Below, in pieces: positions 23,312 to 38,065 of a stretch of 64,000 bases of DNA (position 1 is its first letter; every line of letters begins with the position of its first letter). Position numbers and translations under genes: made by a program. Source of the stretch: Octopus vulgaris (taxonomy: Eukaryota); the NCBI GenBank assembly GCA_951406725.2, contig OX597815.1:57846001-57910000 (forward strand). The letters are read 5' to 3'. A model generated the notes under the pieces. The model made no database searches, was not told the DNA's origin, and saw nothing but the letters and a program-made list of their open reading frames with translations.

Positions 23312-23725
23312 TAGGCACAGGAGTGACTGTGTAAGTAGCTTGCTAACCAACCACATGGTTCCGGGTTCAGTCCCACTGCGTTGCATCTTGGGCAAGTGTC
23401 TTTTGCTATAGCCCTGGGCCGACCAATGCCTTGTGAGTGAATTTGGTAGACGGAAACTGAAAGAAGCCTGTCGTATATATGTATATATATGTATGTGTGT
23501 GTGTTTGTGTGTCTGTGCTTGTCCCCCTAGCATTGCTTGACAACCGATGCTGGTGTGTTTACGTCCCCGTCACTTAGCGGTTCAGCAAAAGAGACCGATA
23601 GAATAAGTACTGGGCTTACAAAGAATAAGTCCCAGAGTCGATTTGCTCGACTAAAGGCGGTGCTCCAGCATAGCCGCAGTCAAATGACTGAAACAAGTAA
23701 AAGAGAAATAAAAGAATAAAAGAGA
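23312..23725 (+). mobile_element. Full-length tRNA-derived SINE, family 1 (CORE-like body)
   Basis: A-box-like head, B-box GGTTCAGTCCC, CTTGGGCAAGTG core start, internal TA/TG microsatellite, LINE-like tail; other copies at ~10095-10322(-), 31118-31505(+), 31550-31882(-), 33245-33555(+), 46480-46760(-), 49670-49975, 51800-52165(-). Confidence 0.9.
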
Positions 23726-25079
23726 AAATGTACATAATTCCTTATCTCTTAAATATAGAACTGTATCATGAAATAACTTGATGATTCTGGTAGGTTATCA
23801 GAGATAAAGTTAAAGACACCCAACATATGACCTATTTGGCTCATGACTACTTGCATTTACAATCATATATATTTCTGTGCAATATCTCTTGGCATTTAAT
23901 AATCACATTTATGGTCATTTATATTCCTGTGTGCATATGCATAATTTCTCCAAAACTTACATTCAAATATTCCTACATCCAGTCTCACATATCTCCACTT
24001 TCACATTTATTTTACTCCCCAAAATCATCTCCTAACGATTTACTACACCAAAGATATTGCACAAGAGGAAGATTTTTCTATCTACTTCAGGCAAGAAACA
24101 GAAGAAATTACTTAATTCAGAGACTAATACACATACAATTAATCGACATGGTGGAGTGAAGAAAATAAATCCTACTGTATATGATTTACAGTTATCTCAT
24201 TCAACATGCTCCACTCAAAGTGCTTAAAATGTACTAAGATGCTATACTGTATTTTAGCATCATCAATGACAAAGAAATGGCATGGATTTGTCTATGAAAT
24301 CGAGAAATTGTTAATGTTCTGAATCAAACAGCAGATACAAGAATATGTACCTTTAAGCCAATTAACAATTCAAAGGTGCAAAATATTTTCATGTCTTAGT
24401 AGGAATGGATGGGAAAGGGATATAAATATAACTTTCAAGCCAGCAATGGATGATTTAATTACTCAAAACATTAAAAAAATATTTTAACTCTATGTTGTCT
24501 GAGAAACAGAAGTTGAGAAAGTCTATGTATTAACAGCTGAGAAATTTAAAACTTAGGAAGAACTAATTAACAGAAAAGGATACTAAATAGAATAAGTCTT
24601 TAATGGGGATGATATCGGCTTATATGAGAACAGGAATGATTCAATAAACACTTACATCCAGAGGTAAAAACTATTCCTGGATTGAAAACATAACTCTGTA
24701 ACTAGGTTATAAACAGAAACCTCAATTTTACTATTCTGAAAATCTGCATGCATCTAAAAATATTAATGAGAATACATTACCAGTCCACTCTTGATCAAAC
24801 AATGTTAGATGACTAGTTTTCAGATTATTTTATTCCAAATGCACAAAAACTGCATTATAAACAGTACAATTGGACATCTGGCTCATCAAGACAATATCCA
24901 TCTGAACATAAAGGTATCTGTAGTGGATGTGTGTATGTATTAATAAATACATAAGTTGTTTCGTGATTAAATAGAGATTTATTTCCACTACATAAATTTT
25001 GTAAGCAATGCTACGCATTGCTTGTACAGAATACATATTAAAGAATGCTTGTACAAAATACATATTAAAGAAGAATATG

Positions 25080-25350
25080 TTTGCATGTGTGTGAGTAAAT
25101 CATTCAGGACAGTAACCTGTAGGCATATTCTCTAGTCGTCTCCAAAACGCGTAGTGTCTGCTTTAGCGTCAGCTCCGGTTCTCTCTGTATAGCCGTTTTT
25201 TCCTTTCTATTTATAAAATCTCAAATAGCCAGAAAAATAGATATATCGCAACACAGTTACTGTTTAAGTAGGTCATCGTTCGTCCCCTTGAACTTCGCCT
25301 GACATGGCTCAGGTCGGAGGTCAAAGGGAGACGATCAATCACTTTTTGTC
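25080..25350 (-). promoter_or_regulatory. Candidate promoter or first-exon region of the unidentified left gene
   Basis: Local CpG enrichment in apparently unique sequence, upstream of candidate non-coding exons 24781-24917 and 18598-18665, which have AG/GT ends. Confidence 0.3.
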
Positions 25351-25459
25351 AGAACAAAGGAATCTTAATTTCGCGGCTTTGCATGCATTGGTATTTGACG
25401 ACCGATGATTCTTGGATTCGATTTCGAATCCAAGCTTAGAGAAGGAAGTGCTAACTCTT

Positions 25460-25650
25460 AGATATCTATATACCAACTAACAACACTATCTGTCTTTCAA
25501 CCAATGGACCATGGTGCTGTAACAGCATTTAAAGTCTATTATATGCAATTAATGTTTGCCTAGGCTATAGTTTTAACAGATGATGAGACAGAGATTTGAA
25601 TATGTTCTGGAAAAGTTACATTTTTCAGTGCCTTAAATATATTGCAGTTT
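25460..25650 (+). mobile_element. pogo/Tigger-type transposase fragment
   Basis: Encodes a degenerate TLSVFQPMDHGAVTAFKVYY, matching the pogo LPPNTTSxxQPMDQGVI motif. Confidence 0.65.
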
Positions 25651-26149
25651 AGCCTCTCTGCTAAACTCCGAGAAGTTTCCCCAATGTATGCCATGTTTCT
25701 ATCCTTATGAACTTCTTACATGTACCTTATGCTGTAGACTACATGCCCAATCTTACAGTTAATACTGGGGTTAAAGTTACATGTCACACACTTTCCATTT
25801 GTGCACATGGTATTTTCAAAAGCGTACAGCCAACATAATTATGATCTGATGGAGCTCCCTGGCTTCTCAACAATCTTAATGTTGAGTCTGGTGTCCGTTA
25901 GAGCCTTCTTAACCCTACAGGCTAACTCCCTATGAGGTGTGGCCTCTACAAACATCACTCCTTGATATTTATCAGCTTTGTACCATGTGTTAACTCTGTA
26001 GAATATATTCTTAATTATTATTCTTTTTTATATGCTCATATCTTATAAATAGTTTATTAACAGATAATTCTTATTTTATTTCTTATTTTTACCTAACATA
26101 TATGTTTACATCTCTATGTCCACTCCTCTGTGAAGACATAGAAATTTCG

Positions 26150-28290
26150 AATGAGCATGATTAGCCAGTGAGAGTGTCATTCCCCAAGTTTCTTTTGGAG
26201 CAAATGTCAAGGAGGAGAAAATTCTAAAACACCCATCTCATTGCAAAGCCAGAAACTTTGCTCTTGCTTGCTTCTAGACTACATAGCTTTATAGGAGAGT
26301 CTCAATGGTGTTAAGCTGTTACTGACTTTAAATTTCAGCACAGCATTGCTGACTGACATTACCTTTAACAACTGGGTGGATTTTGAAGTCCTTTGGCAAT
26401 GGAAAAGCAGTGACACGTACAGGCCTGACAAACTCGAAGCATGTAGTTGTTGACTTGTACATAAGGTGGAATTTGGTAGACATAAGTCATTTGTCATTAA
26501 ATTAGGCAATGGTGAGACTTTGATGTTCAACTGGTGTCTGAGCAACCCTTTTCAAGAATAGCACTGCTTACCAGGGTTCTGGAAGGGTCTAGAAAAGATG
26601 TACAAGATGCTCAACAAGAATGTATAGCATCAATAAACAACACATCATCATAGGATGTTGTCAGAATGCAGCTAATGAAATTCTTGGGACACCTCCAGCA
26701 AAGAGTAGAGACTGGTTTGATGAAAATGACCAAGCTATAAAACAATGCTTTCAAAAAAAAAAATGGGATACAGAATAAAATGCTGCAAGAAAGGATATTA
26801 AAGAAAAGGAAGCTTCAGTTGTAAGAAAATTCCAAGCATGCAATTGCCATAGCTCAACACACTCTGCAAATAATGTAGTAAAACTAGTGGTTGAGACTGG
26901 TGACCAACATGCAAGCAGTAGCTGATGCAAAAATCACAAAGGTGATTTATAGTTAGATGAAGCAAACCTTTTGACCAAATTCTACAAATTCTTAAGATGG
27001 GAGAGATCTGCTTGTAGACAAAGAAAGCATATCTAAGATATGGAAGGAACATTTTAATGAGTTGGTAAATAGTGTTAAATCTCAAGTAGGGCCTGCTGAC
27101 CTTGAAAATATTCAGTGAGGACCATCCATTCTTAATGATCCACCAACCAAGGAGGAAGTAGTACAAAATGACATCAAGAAACTTAATCATAGAAAAGCTG
27201 CTGGAAAAGACAGATTTTTTGCAGAGATCTCTCAATTTGGTGGTGAAAGATTAGCAAAAATTATGCATAACCTAATTTTTGAAATCCAGAGGGACAGTGA
27301 AGTACTGAAGGACTGAAAAGACATCATGATAATAGCATTATATAAAAACAAGGGTTTACTAGAGAACTGCAGAAATTATAAAACAATAGCACTGCTTGTG
27401 TGGCCCCAATCATCCTAACAAGTTTGAACAACAATATAACAAACTTGATTTTGCCAGAATGACAATGTGGTTTCAGGCCCCACAGAATCACAGTTGACAT
27501 GACCTTTATGGCTCATCAAATTCAAGAGAAATGTTTTGAACACCATCAAAACTTGTTCCAAGTTTTTGTGGTCTCAACAAAGGCTTTTGACATGGGCAAC
27601 TAAAAAGCATTATGGTGGATCCTGATCAAGTTGAGTCACCTAGATCACTTTGTTGATATCAAAAAGTCTTTTCAAAATGACAAGTAAATCTGGATAAATG
27701 TTGGTGGTATTCTCAGTGAGCCAATTAAAATCAAGAAGGGTGTTAAATAGGGTGATCTCATGGCACCAACTTTTTTCTCTATATCCTCTATAGTGCTAAT
27801 TGATGCATTCAGGGACTGCAACAAAGGCATCTTCATTAGATACCAAAATACTTGTTCCATATATGACATTTTGCCGTGAAGACCAAAATCTTTCATTATC
27901 TTATATGCAATCAATTATATGCTGATGACTATGTGGAATGAGTGTGCTACAATAGCACACTCATTCCACATGTACACAAACATTTATGGATAGACTCTCA
28001 CAATCTTGTAAGGCATTCAGATTAACCATTAGCCTCAACAGGACAGTGGTAATGTTTCACTCAACTCCTAGATCACGCTATGTTGAATCATCAATTTTTG
28101 TCTATGGTCATAGGCTCAAATTTGTAGATAAATTTTTATATGTAGGAAGTATGGTTATTCAGCACAGTTTAAAGATGATGAAATAGTTTTAAGCATCATC
28201 AGAAAAGCAAATGAGGTTTTTGCTAGTCTCAAAGCATGTGTTTGTGATTGGAAAGGCATTTAAAAAGGTACTAAAATTAGAATATATAAC
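26150..28290 (+). mobile_element. Decayed RTE-clade LINE (EN linker and RT)
   Basis: DWFDEND, KAAGKD, CRNYKTIALL, QCGFRP, QIQEKC, GVK*GDLMAPTFF, QLYADD; many stops and frameshifts. Confidence 0.85.
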
Positions 28291-29039
28291 GCAAACGGTG
28301 CTGTCTTTTCGTCCAACATTACTTCATCAAGCATATTTTTGACCATGTCTTTGAGTCCAATGTCTTTTTGTCCAATGACAAATCCTATAAATAAAATTCT
28401 CAATAATTATATGATTTTCTAAAGAGTTTATTTACAATTGAACAAAAAGTCGTTGACAAAAAAATCATTGGACTAAAAGATGTGAATGAAGTGTAAGGCA
28501 GAAGTAATCATTGGCATCAGGAAGTTTCAGGAATCTATATCAGAATTAGCTAATATAAAGTAAGCAGTCACAAAAAGAGAACCTGTTAGTCCAACAGTCC
28601 CACAGTTTCTGTGTGATGAATGTGTACAAGTCTGCCTCACAAGTCACCAATGTAAACATCGTGAAAGGCCTCTATTGAGTACAACCAGTTTCTAGCAGTT
28701 AATCTGATGTGATGTGTGTTGTTGGAAATTTTTCTAGTCAATCTATACTCTCAAGGCACATGAAAGTGCACAATCAAGGTGCATCTGTGACAGAAAATGG
28801 AAGTCACTTGCTATATTAAGTCCCATGATTTCTGATAAAAAAAAAAACAGAAATGAGATTTGTTAGTGACAGCCATACTCATCTAAGATAACATCCAGCA
28901 TCAATGAGATGCAACATTTGTAGTGGAGTATTTAAAAGTAGACATGGTATGAAGATTCACCAAGGTAGATAGAAATGCGAAGAACAACGACAGCAATGAA
29001 AAGCATCTGATACTACCCAGAGGCTTATTTCTAGGAGCA

Positions 29040-30010
29040 TTAGAACTGTTTGTCAGTCTTTTGATTGACAGTGTCCAGGATCTCTCTGCTCAACCTGCTC
29101 AGAAAATATGAAGAGTTGGTGAAGCTGAAAATCCAAAGAGATTCAAAAAGAAGTCACAATTGAGTTTGCCACTAGCATCAAATTTTAGGAGTGTTCAGTT
29201 GGACATCATTCTGGATAATATTCTGATAGGTAATGCAACCAAAAAGATAAAAATCTTGGTACAAGCAATAGACCAGGTATGCCAGGATGCCTCTGGCGCC
29301 TTGGCATACAAGGCGTCAAGCTGGCAGAAACGTTAGCATGCCGGGTGAAATGCTTAGCGATATTTCGTCTGCCTTTATGTTCTGAGTTCAAATTCCACCG
29401 AGGTTGACTTTGCCTTTCATCCTTTCAGGGTCGATAAATTAAGTACCAGTTATGCACTGGGGTTGATCTAATCAACAATTCAAATTGTCTGTCCTTGTTT
29501 GTCCCCTCTGTGTGTAGCACCTTGTGAGCAATAAAGAAACAAGATGCCTCTGGCATGAATGAAGGTAAAACTAACAAGCAGCAGGGCCTTCATGGATGAC
29601 ATAATAATCATGACACTATCAATCCAAGGGCTATAGCAGAACTTGAGCTTACTACAAAAGATGGCCACATGGTCACATATGAAATTCAATCCAGCAAAAT
29701 CTCAGAGTATCCATAAACGAAGGCTGATAAATAATATCTTCAGCATTCAGATGTCTGAGATTCCAGCAATCAAAGCAAAAGGAACCTGATACCTTGGGAA
29801 GGATTATGACTATCTTTAAGGACAACACCAAGACTGGCTAAACAACTGGCTAAACAACTGGCTCAGGCAGTTGATGAAAGTCAGCTACTTTGAAGGTTTA
29901 AAGTATGGTGCTTCTGTTATGGAATCATATCCAGAATGCAATGACCATTCTTGCTATATGATTTTGCCATGACTCAAGTGGTGGCAAACAAGAGATTGTG
30001 CAGTAACTTG
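29040..30010 (+). mobile_element. Decayed HERO-like non-LTR RT fragment interrupted by a SINE (29310-29540)
   Basis: RAFMDDIIIMT, MATWSHMKFNPAKSQS, YLGK, AVDESQL..FKVW..GIISR resemble the HERO-group RT C-terminus as recalled. Confidence 0.6.
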
Positions 30011-30617
30011 TGCAAACAGTTTGAAATATATGACATGATTAATTCTATGGTAAATTATAAGAGGCAAATAGTATTTCATGATAAAAAGAAAAAACATTGT
30101 GCAAAGAATTGTAGTTTACAGAAAATTTGTGCATCATAATAATACATAATACATAAGTTTATAAAAGTTTTGTTTCTTTTCCCAAAATTATCAAGGTTCT
30201 GAAGGTAGTGGACTGACACAAGTAGAATACTAGGCAAACTCTTTATTATATTCAGTAACATCCTTTTATGTACTAGTTTCAGATGCTATCAAAGCTGACT
30301 CTGTCTTATAACCTTAGAGAATTGATAAAATAAGTAATGGTAACACACTGGGATTTGTTTGATTGACTTCCTACTTCCATGAAAGTGTGACATCCAAGTA
30401 AAGGATAATAGAAAAATATTTGTTTCAAAGGAAAATAAAAAACAAATTCTTTGCTAAATGTTTCCATTATGGCAAGTTAAGTGATTAAAAGGATATTTTA
30501 TCAATATTTATCAATTAAAAATCAAAAAAAAAAAAAAGAAAGAAAGAAAGAATCATGTTTCTTTGTACTGTGTAGTGTAGAAAACTGTTAAAGAGGTGTT
30601 GATAGTTTAAACAAGAA

Positions 30618-30844
30618 CTATGTAGTTGAAAATTCAGAACTCATATTTTTCTTCAGTTTGGCTAAGCCTGCCATATGACTGTCTCTCCATTTACGGCGTT
30701 TATCCAAATCTGACATTGGCACTTTGGCTGAGAGCTCCCTCTGAAGACGTTCCAGAATAGGCCCTTCAAATTTTTCTGGTGGAGAAAAGGTTTTTTGCAC
30801 ACGGTTAATTGTATCAGCATATCGTTCAGCATAATCCAGCATTC
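30618..30844 (-). CDS. CRYL1: Lambda-crystallin homolog / L-gulonate 3-dehydrogenase, last coding exon
   Basis: ttttccag acceptor, phase 1; GMLDYAERYADTINRVQKTF..RRKWRDSHMAGLAKLKK matches the CRYL1 C-terminus; TAG stop. Confidence 0.95.
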
Positions 30845-32167
30845 CTGGAAAATAAAATGCAATACATTACATGGATTTTAGAAAAATAATTTGATTCATA
30901 ATGCAATTAACATAAAAACTGTAAAAAACACTAGCATTTTTACAGATATGAGTGAAATGATGCTGTGATGTTTATTCAACAAGAATGTTAACTTTCAATG
31001 AGCCAGTTCAACTAGGCACATTTCTTTGTAGTAAGTAGCATCAACATTGTAGTATGAGAGCTAAGCTGAAGATGCAACAAGTGATCAAGCCAATGCACAT
31101 GAAGTATTATTATTAGATAGGCATAGCTGTGGGTAAGAAGTTTGTTTCCCAACCACATGGTTCCAGATTCCACTGCATGGTACCTTGAGCAAGTGTCTTC
31201 TACTATAGCCTCAGGCTGACCAAAGCCTCATGAGTGGATTTGGTAGATAGAAGCTGAAAGAAGCCTGTTGTATACATATATATCTATGTGTGTGTCTCTG
31301 TGTCAGTTTGTTCCCCACCAATGCTTGACTATCAGTGTTGATGTGTTTATATCCACCGTAATTTAGCAGTTCAGCAAAAGAGATAGATAAAATAAATACC
31401 AGACTTTAAAAAATTTAAAAAATGAACTGGGGTTCACTTCATTCAACAAAAAATTCAAGGTGGTGCCCCAGCATAGCCGCAGTCTAATGACTGAAACAAG
31501 AAAAAAGTTTTAAAATATGATGATTATACATTATTATTATTATCATTTTACATGTTTTAGTCATTAGACTGTGGCCATGCTTTGAAGAATGAATCAAACC
31601 CCATACTTTTTTTTGTGCCTGGTACTTATTCTATCATTTTCTTTTGCCAAACTGCTATGTTACAGGGATGTAACCACACCAACACTTCTTGTCAAGTGGT
31701 GATGGGAGACAAACACAGACACAAAGACACACACAAAAGGCTTCTTTCAGTTTCCATCTACCAAATCCACTCACAAGGTTTTGGTCGGCACAAAGCTATA
31801 AAAGAAGACATTTGCCCAAGGTGTCACAAAGTAGACTGAACCTGGTATGTGGTTGAGAAGCAAACATCTTACCACACAGCCACTATTTTAACATTTTCTA
31901 GAATTACATTATCAAATGAGAGAACATGAATGTAATATCTTTATACATAATCCATAAAATCTTGTTTACTGGAATTTAACAGCCTAAATCTATCCAGGAA
32001 AACATTAATTGTATTCAGTTATAATAAAATAATGAAGTTTTAAAATAATCAGTTATTTTAGATTTCAAAGAAATGCAGATGAAACTAAAAGAAGTAATGA
32101 AAAATTAAATCTGGAAGAAACCATAGAAATTGATATATTTCAAACATTTGAAATAATGTGTTCTTAC

Positions 32168-32273
32168 CATTAGCATTTAAGTAAGCAGTTTCCAATGGAC
32201 CAATGAAAGCATAGCGAAAACCTAGACCTTCAGACATAACTTTGTCAAGACCCTCAACAGAAACAATATCTTC
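32168..32273 (-). CDS. CRYL1: CRYL1 internal exon (106 nt)
   Basis: [35 protein letters not shown]; ttgcag acceptor, GTAAGA donor. Confidence 0.97.
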
Positions 32274-33382
32274 CTGCAATAAAGAGAAGTTAAAGCAGAA
32301 GTTCACAAGTTAAATAGTTTATATATAGATAAATAATAGAAGGTAGGTTTATAAAGTAAGACTTATTGAATAAAGTAGGAAATAAAGTAAAGATAATGAT
32401 AAATTACCAGTAAGATGCTATTTTCTCAGAAAATTTGATTTACTATGAAAACTGCACTTGATAATTAAAGAAAAAAAAACAAGTTCACATAGTTAATAAG
32501 GACTGATGAAATAGACAACCTGTATATAAATGGTCATTACAACACCAGCATGATGTTGTCAGTCTAACAGAGTTCATGTCTCTCTAGGTTATATATACCT
32601 GTAAGAGGGTCTGAGCTTAGCATTGCAACTACAGAAAGTCACATTCTTTGTTTTTTTCTGTATGTAATCATTTTTCTCTCATCTTTAAATATTGTTTTTA
32701 TTTATTTCTATAGCATGTTTTTTCTGCATTTCTCATACTATTTATGCAACAATAAATAAGTTTTAAAAATATGAAACAATAGACACTTGTCAATGCTCTA
32801 GTAGCTGTGTATACATATAAAAAGATAACAAATTGCAATTTGTTCTATACATTTTCAAATGTATATGCAGCCAGGTGAAGTGGCTTTTTGAGAGACAGTA
32901 TAACAATTACTGAAAAGAAATCACGAAAACCACTTAAAAGTGGAAACTTAGATGTCCAAAGACAACTTAAACTGATCTAGCAGAAAATGAACATTTGGTG
33001 TGGGACTCAACAAGTCAAGTACAGAGAATGTTGAGGCATGTCCCACAAACAACAAGAAAATGATCAACTAAAATTAATAAATGATTAGTAGTAGGCCAAA
33101 CTTAGTTTATCCACAACTCACAAAACTGATATCTTGATCTCATAAACTGAAACAATTTGCATTCAAGGAGTGTTTGGGGGCTTGAATTAAAATAGTTTTA
33201 TATGTTTTGGTAAAAATTTTGTTTTTTTAATAAAGTAAACAGACGCTTGCTTCACAACCATATGGGTTCAGTCCCTCTGTGTGACACCTTGGGCAAGTGT
33301 CTTTTACTATAGCCTCAGGCCAACCAAAGCCTTGTGAGTAGATTTGATAGAGGGAAACTGAAAGAAGCCCGTCATATATATA

Positions 33383-33422
<40 letters not shown>

Positions 33423-34539
33423 TCTGTGTTTGCCCCACCCTCTCACTTGACAAGCAATGTTAGTGTGTTTACATCCCTGTAACCTAGCAGTTTGGCAAAA
33501 GAGACTCGTACAAGGCTTACAAAAAGAATAAGTCCTGGGGTCGATTTCTTTGACCTCGAGCCGCCCTTTGGGTGGCATTCTGGCTAGCTCCTGGTAAGCA
33601 CTGATGCTGATCATAGGTTAATCAATAAGCATGGGGAGCAAGGTAAATGCAATGAAAATAGTGGGGGTCAGTGAGGCCCCATTTAAGCAACCCTTCAGAA
33701 ATTAACCTCCGCAGGAGTTCATGGTACAAAATTCATTGTCATTGCTCCAATTCAGTCACCAATGCTATGTATTTAGTTTAAAAGGCAGTAAGAATAGGGG
33801 GTTTGGTGAGGCCCCAATGAGGCAACCCTTAAAAAAATAGCCTCCCTTAGGATACTCCCTGGGATTAAGGGAGTTGCTGGTTTGAATTTCAATTGTCCTT
33901 GCTCCAACAGTCTAGGAGGAGTTAGTAAACATAAAAATGTAATGGACAGAGAAACATCACTCAAATTTACATTAAGATTATTATTATTCATTTAGTGGTA
34001 TGCTATAGCAAACTTAAGAAATCAAATTCTTCAACTCTCTTTACTCTTGCTCTAAATCTCGAAAATTCCATCTCTTCATGTTTTGTTTTCAACCAGCCTT
34101 AATTCTGGAAAATTTCACTGCTCTACCTCTCTCTCTCAGTTTTATTAACCACTTGCTTTTCCCATGTTAATTGTTAATTAGTAACTCACTTTGTCTGTGG
34201 TTATGCCACATCAGCTTCTGCTAAGGAATAGAGCAGTGCGCTCTTCCATCCCACCAGGTAACCACAGTACTTTGCCGTTCACAGTGCATTCCAATCCCAC
34301 CACCTATACTAGCAGTCCTTATCCTCTGACCTCTACTGGATGTCTTTCTCCTGAGCACTTCTAACAGCTTACTATATGGAACACTTTCCCCTCCCTTCCC
34401 CCTCCATCCCTACCTGTTTACTTCCTGTTAAACATAATGATTATGTAGTGAATAAAATGATGGTGTAGTGTATGCAGGTTGAGGGCTATTTATATGTTTA
34501 CGAGATCTGCCAAATGCGAGCTTTCTTTTCATATGCATA

Positions 34540-37500
34540 ATGTTGCTGTCCTCCATCTCACCAGCCCACATCTTCCACACCCTCAGAGTTGGCACACTTA
34601 ACGGCACATTGAAAGGTAAGTCTGGTGAGATTGTTAAGATGCTTGAATGGAGACGTGTAGATTTGTACTGCATACAAGAAGGTGGAGAGGAAGTTCTGCT
34701 AGGTTCCTCACAGGCAAAGAACATAGGTATAAGATTTTCTGGGTAGGGAACACTGATGGGATTGGGGCCGTGGGTATATTCCTTGTGGAGAAATGGATTG
34801 ATAAGGTAATCAAGATAGTCAGAGTCCATGATAGAATACTTAAGTTTAGACTAGTGCTGCAACATGGATTACCAACCATTATTTCAGCTATGCCCCTCAG
34901 CCAGGGCTACCTGATGAACAGAAAGACCAATTTTATGACACCCTCTTGCAAACTACCTTGTCAACGAATGATAGCAACCATCTCTTTGTGGCTGGCGACT
35001 TCATTCAACATCCAGGGAGCTTCCATGGTGTACATGATGGCAACAGATTTGGTTCCTGCAATGAGGAGGGAGCCAGGCTGCTGGAGTTCTCTGATGGAAA
35101 TGATCTTATGATCTGTAATACTAACTTCAGGAAACCTGCCAGTCACCTGTTCACCTACCAGTCTAGTGGGCATACTAGTCAGATTGACTACATTCTTGCC
35201 AAGAAATGGGAAAGATGGCTACCTATAAATGCCAAAACTTTCCCAGGTGAAGAATGCATCTCACAACATAGGTTAGTTAATGACTTCAGGATCAGGGCTA
35301 AATGGCTGCCCAGAAGAATACCAGCATGAAAAAGAAGGGTCTGGAAGCTTAAAGATCCTCCAAATGGACAGAGATTTAGAGACATTATTTGAAGCTCTTG
35401 ATAAAAACGAGGAGGATATATCATCACATAATGTGGATGAAAACTGGAGGTTCCTACAAGACAATATGAGGGTTACTGGCCAGATCTGTGGCTGGTGCAA
35501 AGTCCCCTCTTGATCTAAGGTAACGTGGTGGTGGAACAATATAGTTGACAGAGCCATTAGGGAAAGAAACAGGCATGGAAGGACTGGAAGTGTGGTGTTA
35601 GCAGGGAACTGTACCAGATTGCCAGAAGAGAAGCTAGAAGACAGGATTACTTAGCCAGAGGAAAAGTAGATAAGATTTTCCAGTGTTCTGCATCATGAGG
35701 ACCAGAGACTTGAAGTGCAAGACAGTGTGTTTGTTTGTTTTTGTTTTTGTTTGTTTTTCCAGTTTCAGCTCTTGAGCTGTGGCCATGCTGGGGCACCGCC
35801 ATTGTGGTGAAAGAGTACAGCAGGGATCACCACCCCCTGCGGGAGCCTCGTAGAGCTTTTTTTAGGTGTTTTCGCTCAATAAACACACACAACGCCCGGT
35901 CTGAGAATCGAAACCGCGATCCTGCGACCGCGAGTCCGCTGCCCTAACCACTGTGCCATTGCGCCTCGAGAATCATGATGTCATAGGAGAGAAATAAATT
36001 CACATGGATGATGGCTCACTTGCATTTAATGATGCTGCAAAGAGAGAGACATGGAGATGCCACTATGAAAGGTAGTTAAATGAAGACAATGAATGGGAGA
36101 AAGAGAGTCTGCCAAATGTCAACCCAACAGAGGGACCAGCTATTCGAATTCACAGTACCTTGGTAGATAAAGCAATTAAGGGTATGAAAACAGGGAAAGC
36201 CCCTAACCCATCAGGAATCACTGCTGAGATGCTTAAGATATCTGGCAGTGTAGGCTATAGTCTAGTCTAGTCACCCATATCACCCAGGTGATACATGAAG
36301 GAGTCAAACCCAATGACTGGTGTAGCAGCACCATATTCAACTGCTATAAACGTAAAGGTGACACATTAGATAGAAATAATTACAGAAGTATCAAATTGTT
36401 GGATCAGGTGATTAAAGTTATAGAGAGGGTCATAGCCCAACTAATTAGGGAGAGAGCTTAGACGAGATGCTGTTTCAGTTTGTGCCAAGGAGAAGCACTG
36501 CTGATGCTATATTTCTGGTAAGAGAGCTTTCGTTGACAGGGTCCCCCGATCAATGCGGAATCTAGAGATAGATGAGAGGTTGGTGAGAGCTGTACAAGCC
36601 ATGTACAGGGATGCTGCCAGTAAGGTAAGGGTTGGGAATGAGTACAGTGAAGAATTCTGGGTAGAAGTAGGGGTTCACCTAGGATCAGTCCTCAGTCTCC
36701 TCTTATCATAGTCCTCCAGGCAATAACAGAGGAATTCAAGACAGGATGCCCCTGAGAACTCTTTTATGCTGATGACCTTGCTCTAATAGCTGAGTCACTA
36801 CCAGAACTAAAGAAGAAATTTCAGGTGTGGAAGCAAGGTCTAGGATCGAAGGGCCTTAGAGTGAATCTAACAAAAGCCAATGTCTTAGTAAGTAGGAAGG
36901 TAGACAAATCACAAATCTCTTCAGGTAGATGGCCCTGCTCGAGCTGTAGAAAAGGCGTAGGAAGAATCTTCATAAGATGTACCCGGTGTAAGTAATGGCC
37001 ACAAAGAGGTGCAGCAATATCAAAAGAAGGTTAACTAGGAAGATAGTTTTTGTGTGTGACAGATGTACAGAGGCAATAAACACCAAAGATGTACAGAAAA
37101 CAAATTCCATCACATACCAGGGGAAAAACTAGAAGTAGTTGATGGCTTCTGTTACCTAGTTAACTAAGTCAGTAGTGGAGGTGGATGCTGCTAGAATAAG
37201 AATAGTCTGGACAAAGTTCAGAGAGCTCCTACCTCAGCTGGTAACAAAGGGCCTCTCACTCAGAGTGAAAGGTGGACTGTATGATGCATGTGTGTGAACA
37301 ACCATGCTACATGGCAGTGAAACATGGGCTGTGACTGCTGAGGACATGTTTAGGCTTGAAAGAAATGAAGCTAGTATGCTCTGCTGGATGTGTAATGTCA
37401 GTGTGCATATATGACAGAGTGTAAGCATCCTGAGAGAAAAGTTGGACATAAGAAGCATCAGATGTGGTGTGTTGCATATGGATTAAGATAGCTGTGTGAA

Positions 37501-38062
37501 GAAGTGTCACACCCTAACAGTGGAGGGAACTTGCGGAAGAGGTACACCCAGGAAGACATGGGATGAGCATGACCTTCAAACATTGTGCCTCACAGAGGCA
37601 ATAACAAGCGACCAAGACCTTTGGAGATATGTTGTGCTTGAGAAGACCCAGCAAGCTGCCAGTGCCAGTGTTGCATAACCAGCCCATTTAAAAGCACCCT
37701 TCAATCATCGGGCAATATGCTGTACTTGAGAATCTTGACTGGCACCCATGCCTGTGGCACGTAAAAAGCACCATTTGAGCATGACCAATGCCAGTGTCAC
37801 CTGACTGGTCCTTGTGCCAGTGGCATGTAAAAAGCACCATTCAAGTGTGGTCAATGCCAGTGCTGCCTGACTGGCCCCTGTGCCAAGGACATCTAAAAAG
37901 CACCCACTACACTCTTGGAGTGATTTGCATTAGGAAGCTGTAGAAACCTTGCCAGATCAGATTGGAGCCTGGTGCAATCTCCTGCCTTGTCAATCCTCAG
38001 TCAAGCCATCCAACCCATGCTCGCATGGAAAATGGATGTTAAGCGATGATGATGATGATGAT
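34540..38062 (+). mobile_element. Near full-length, frameshifted PHD-bearing RTE-like LINE in a CRYL1 intron (antisense)
   Basis: AP-endonuclease motifs LRVGTLN, CIQE, AGDF, SQIDYIL, SQHRLV; RT motifs NYRSIKLL, GSVLS, YADD; C4HC3 finger; 3' UTR modules; (ATG)n tail. Confidence 0.93.
35730..35968 (-). mobile_element. tRNA-derived SINE, family 3, nested in the RTE-like LINE
   Basis: GAGGCGCAATGGCACAGTGGTTAGGGCAGCGG..GGTTTCGATTC head; tail GGCGGTGCCCCAGCATGGCCACAG; LINE sequence resumes on both sides. Confidence 0.85.
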
Positions 38063-38065
38063 GCT

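Noticed and set aside
23312-23390. tRNA genes in SINE heads (also 35895-35968)
   Set aside because: No complete cloverleaf, and each continues into a SINE body and tail
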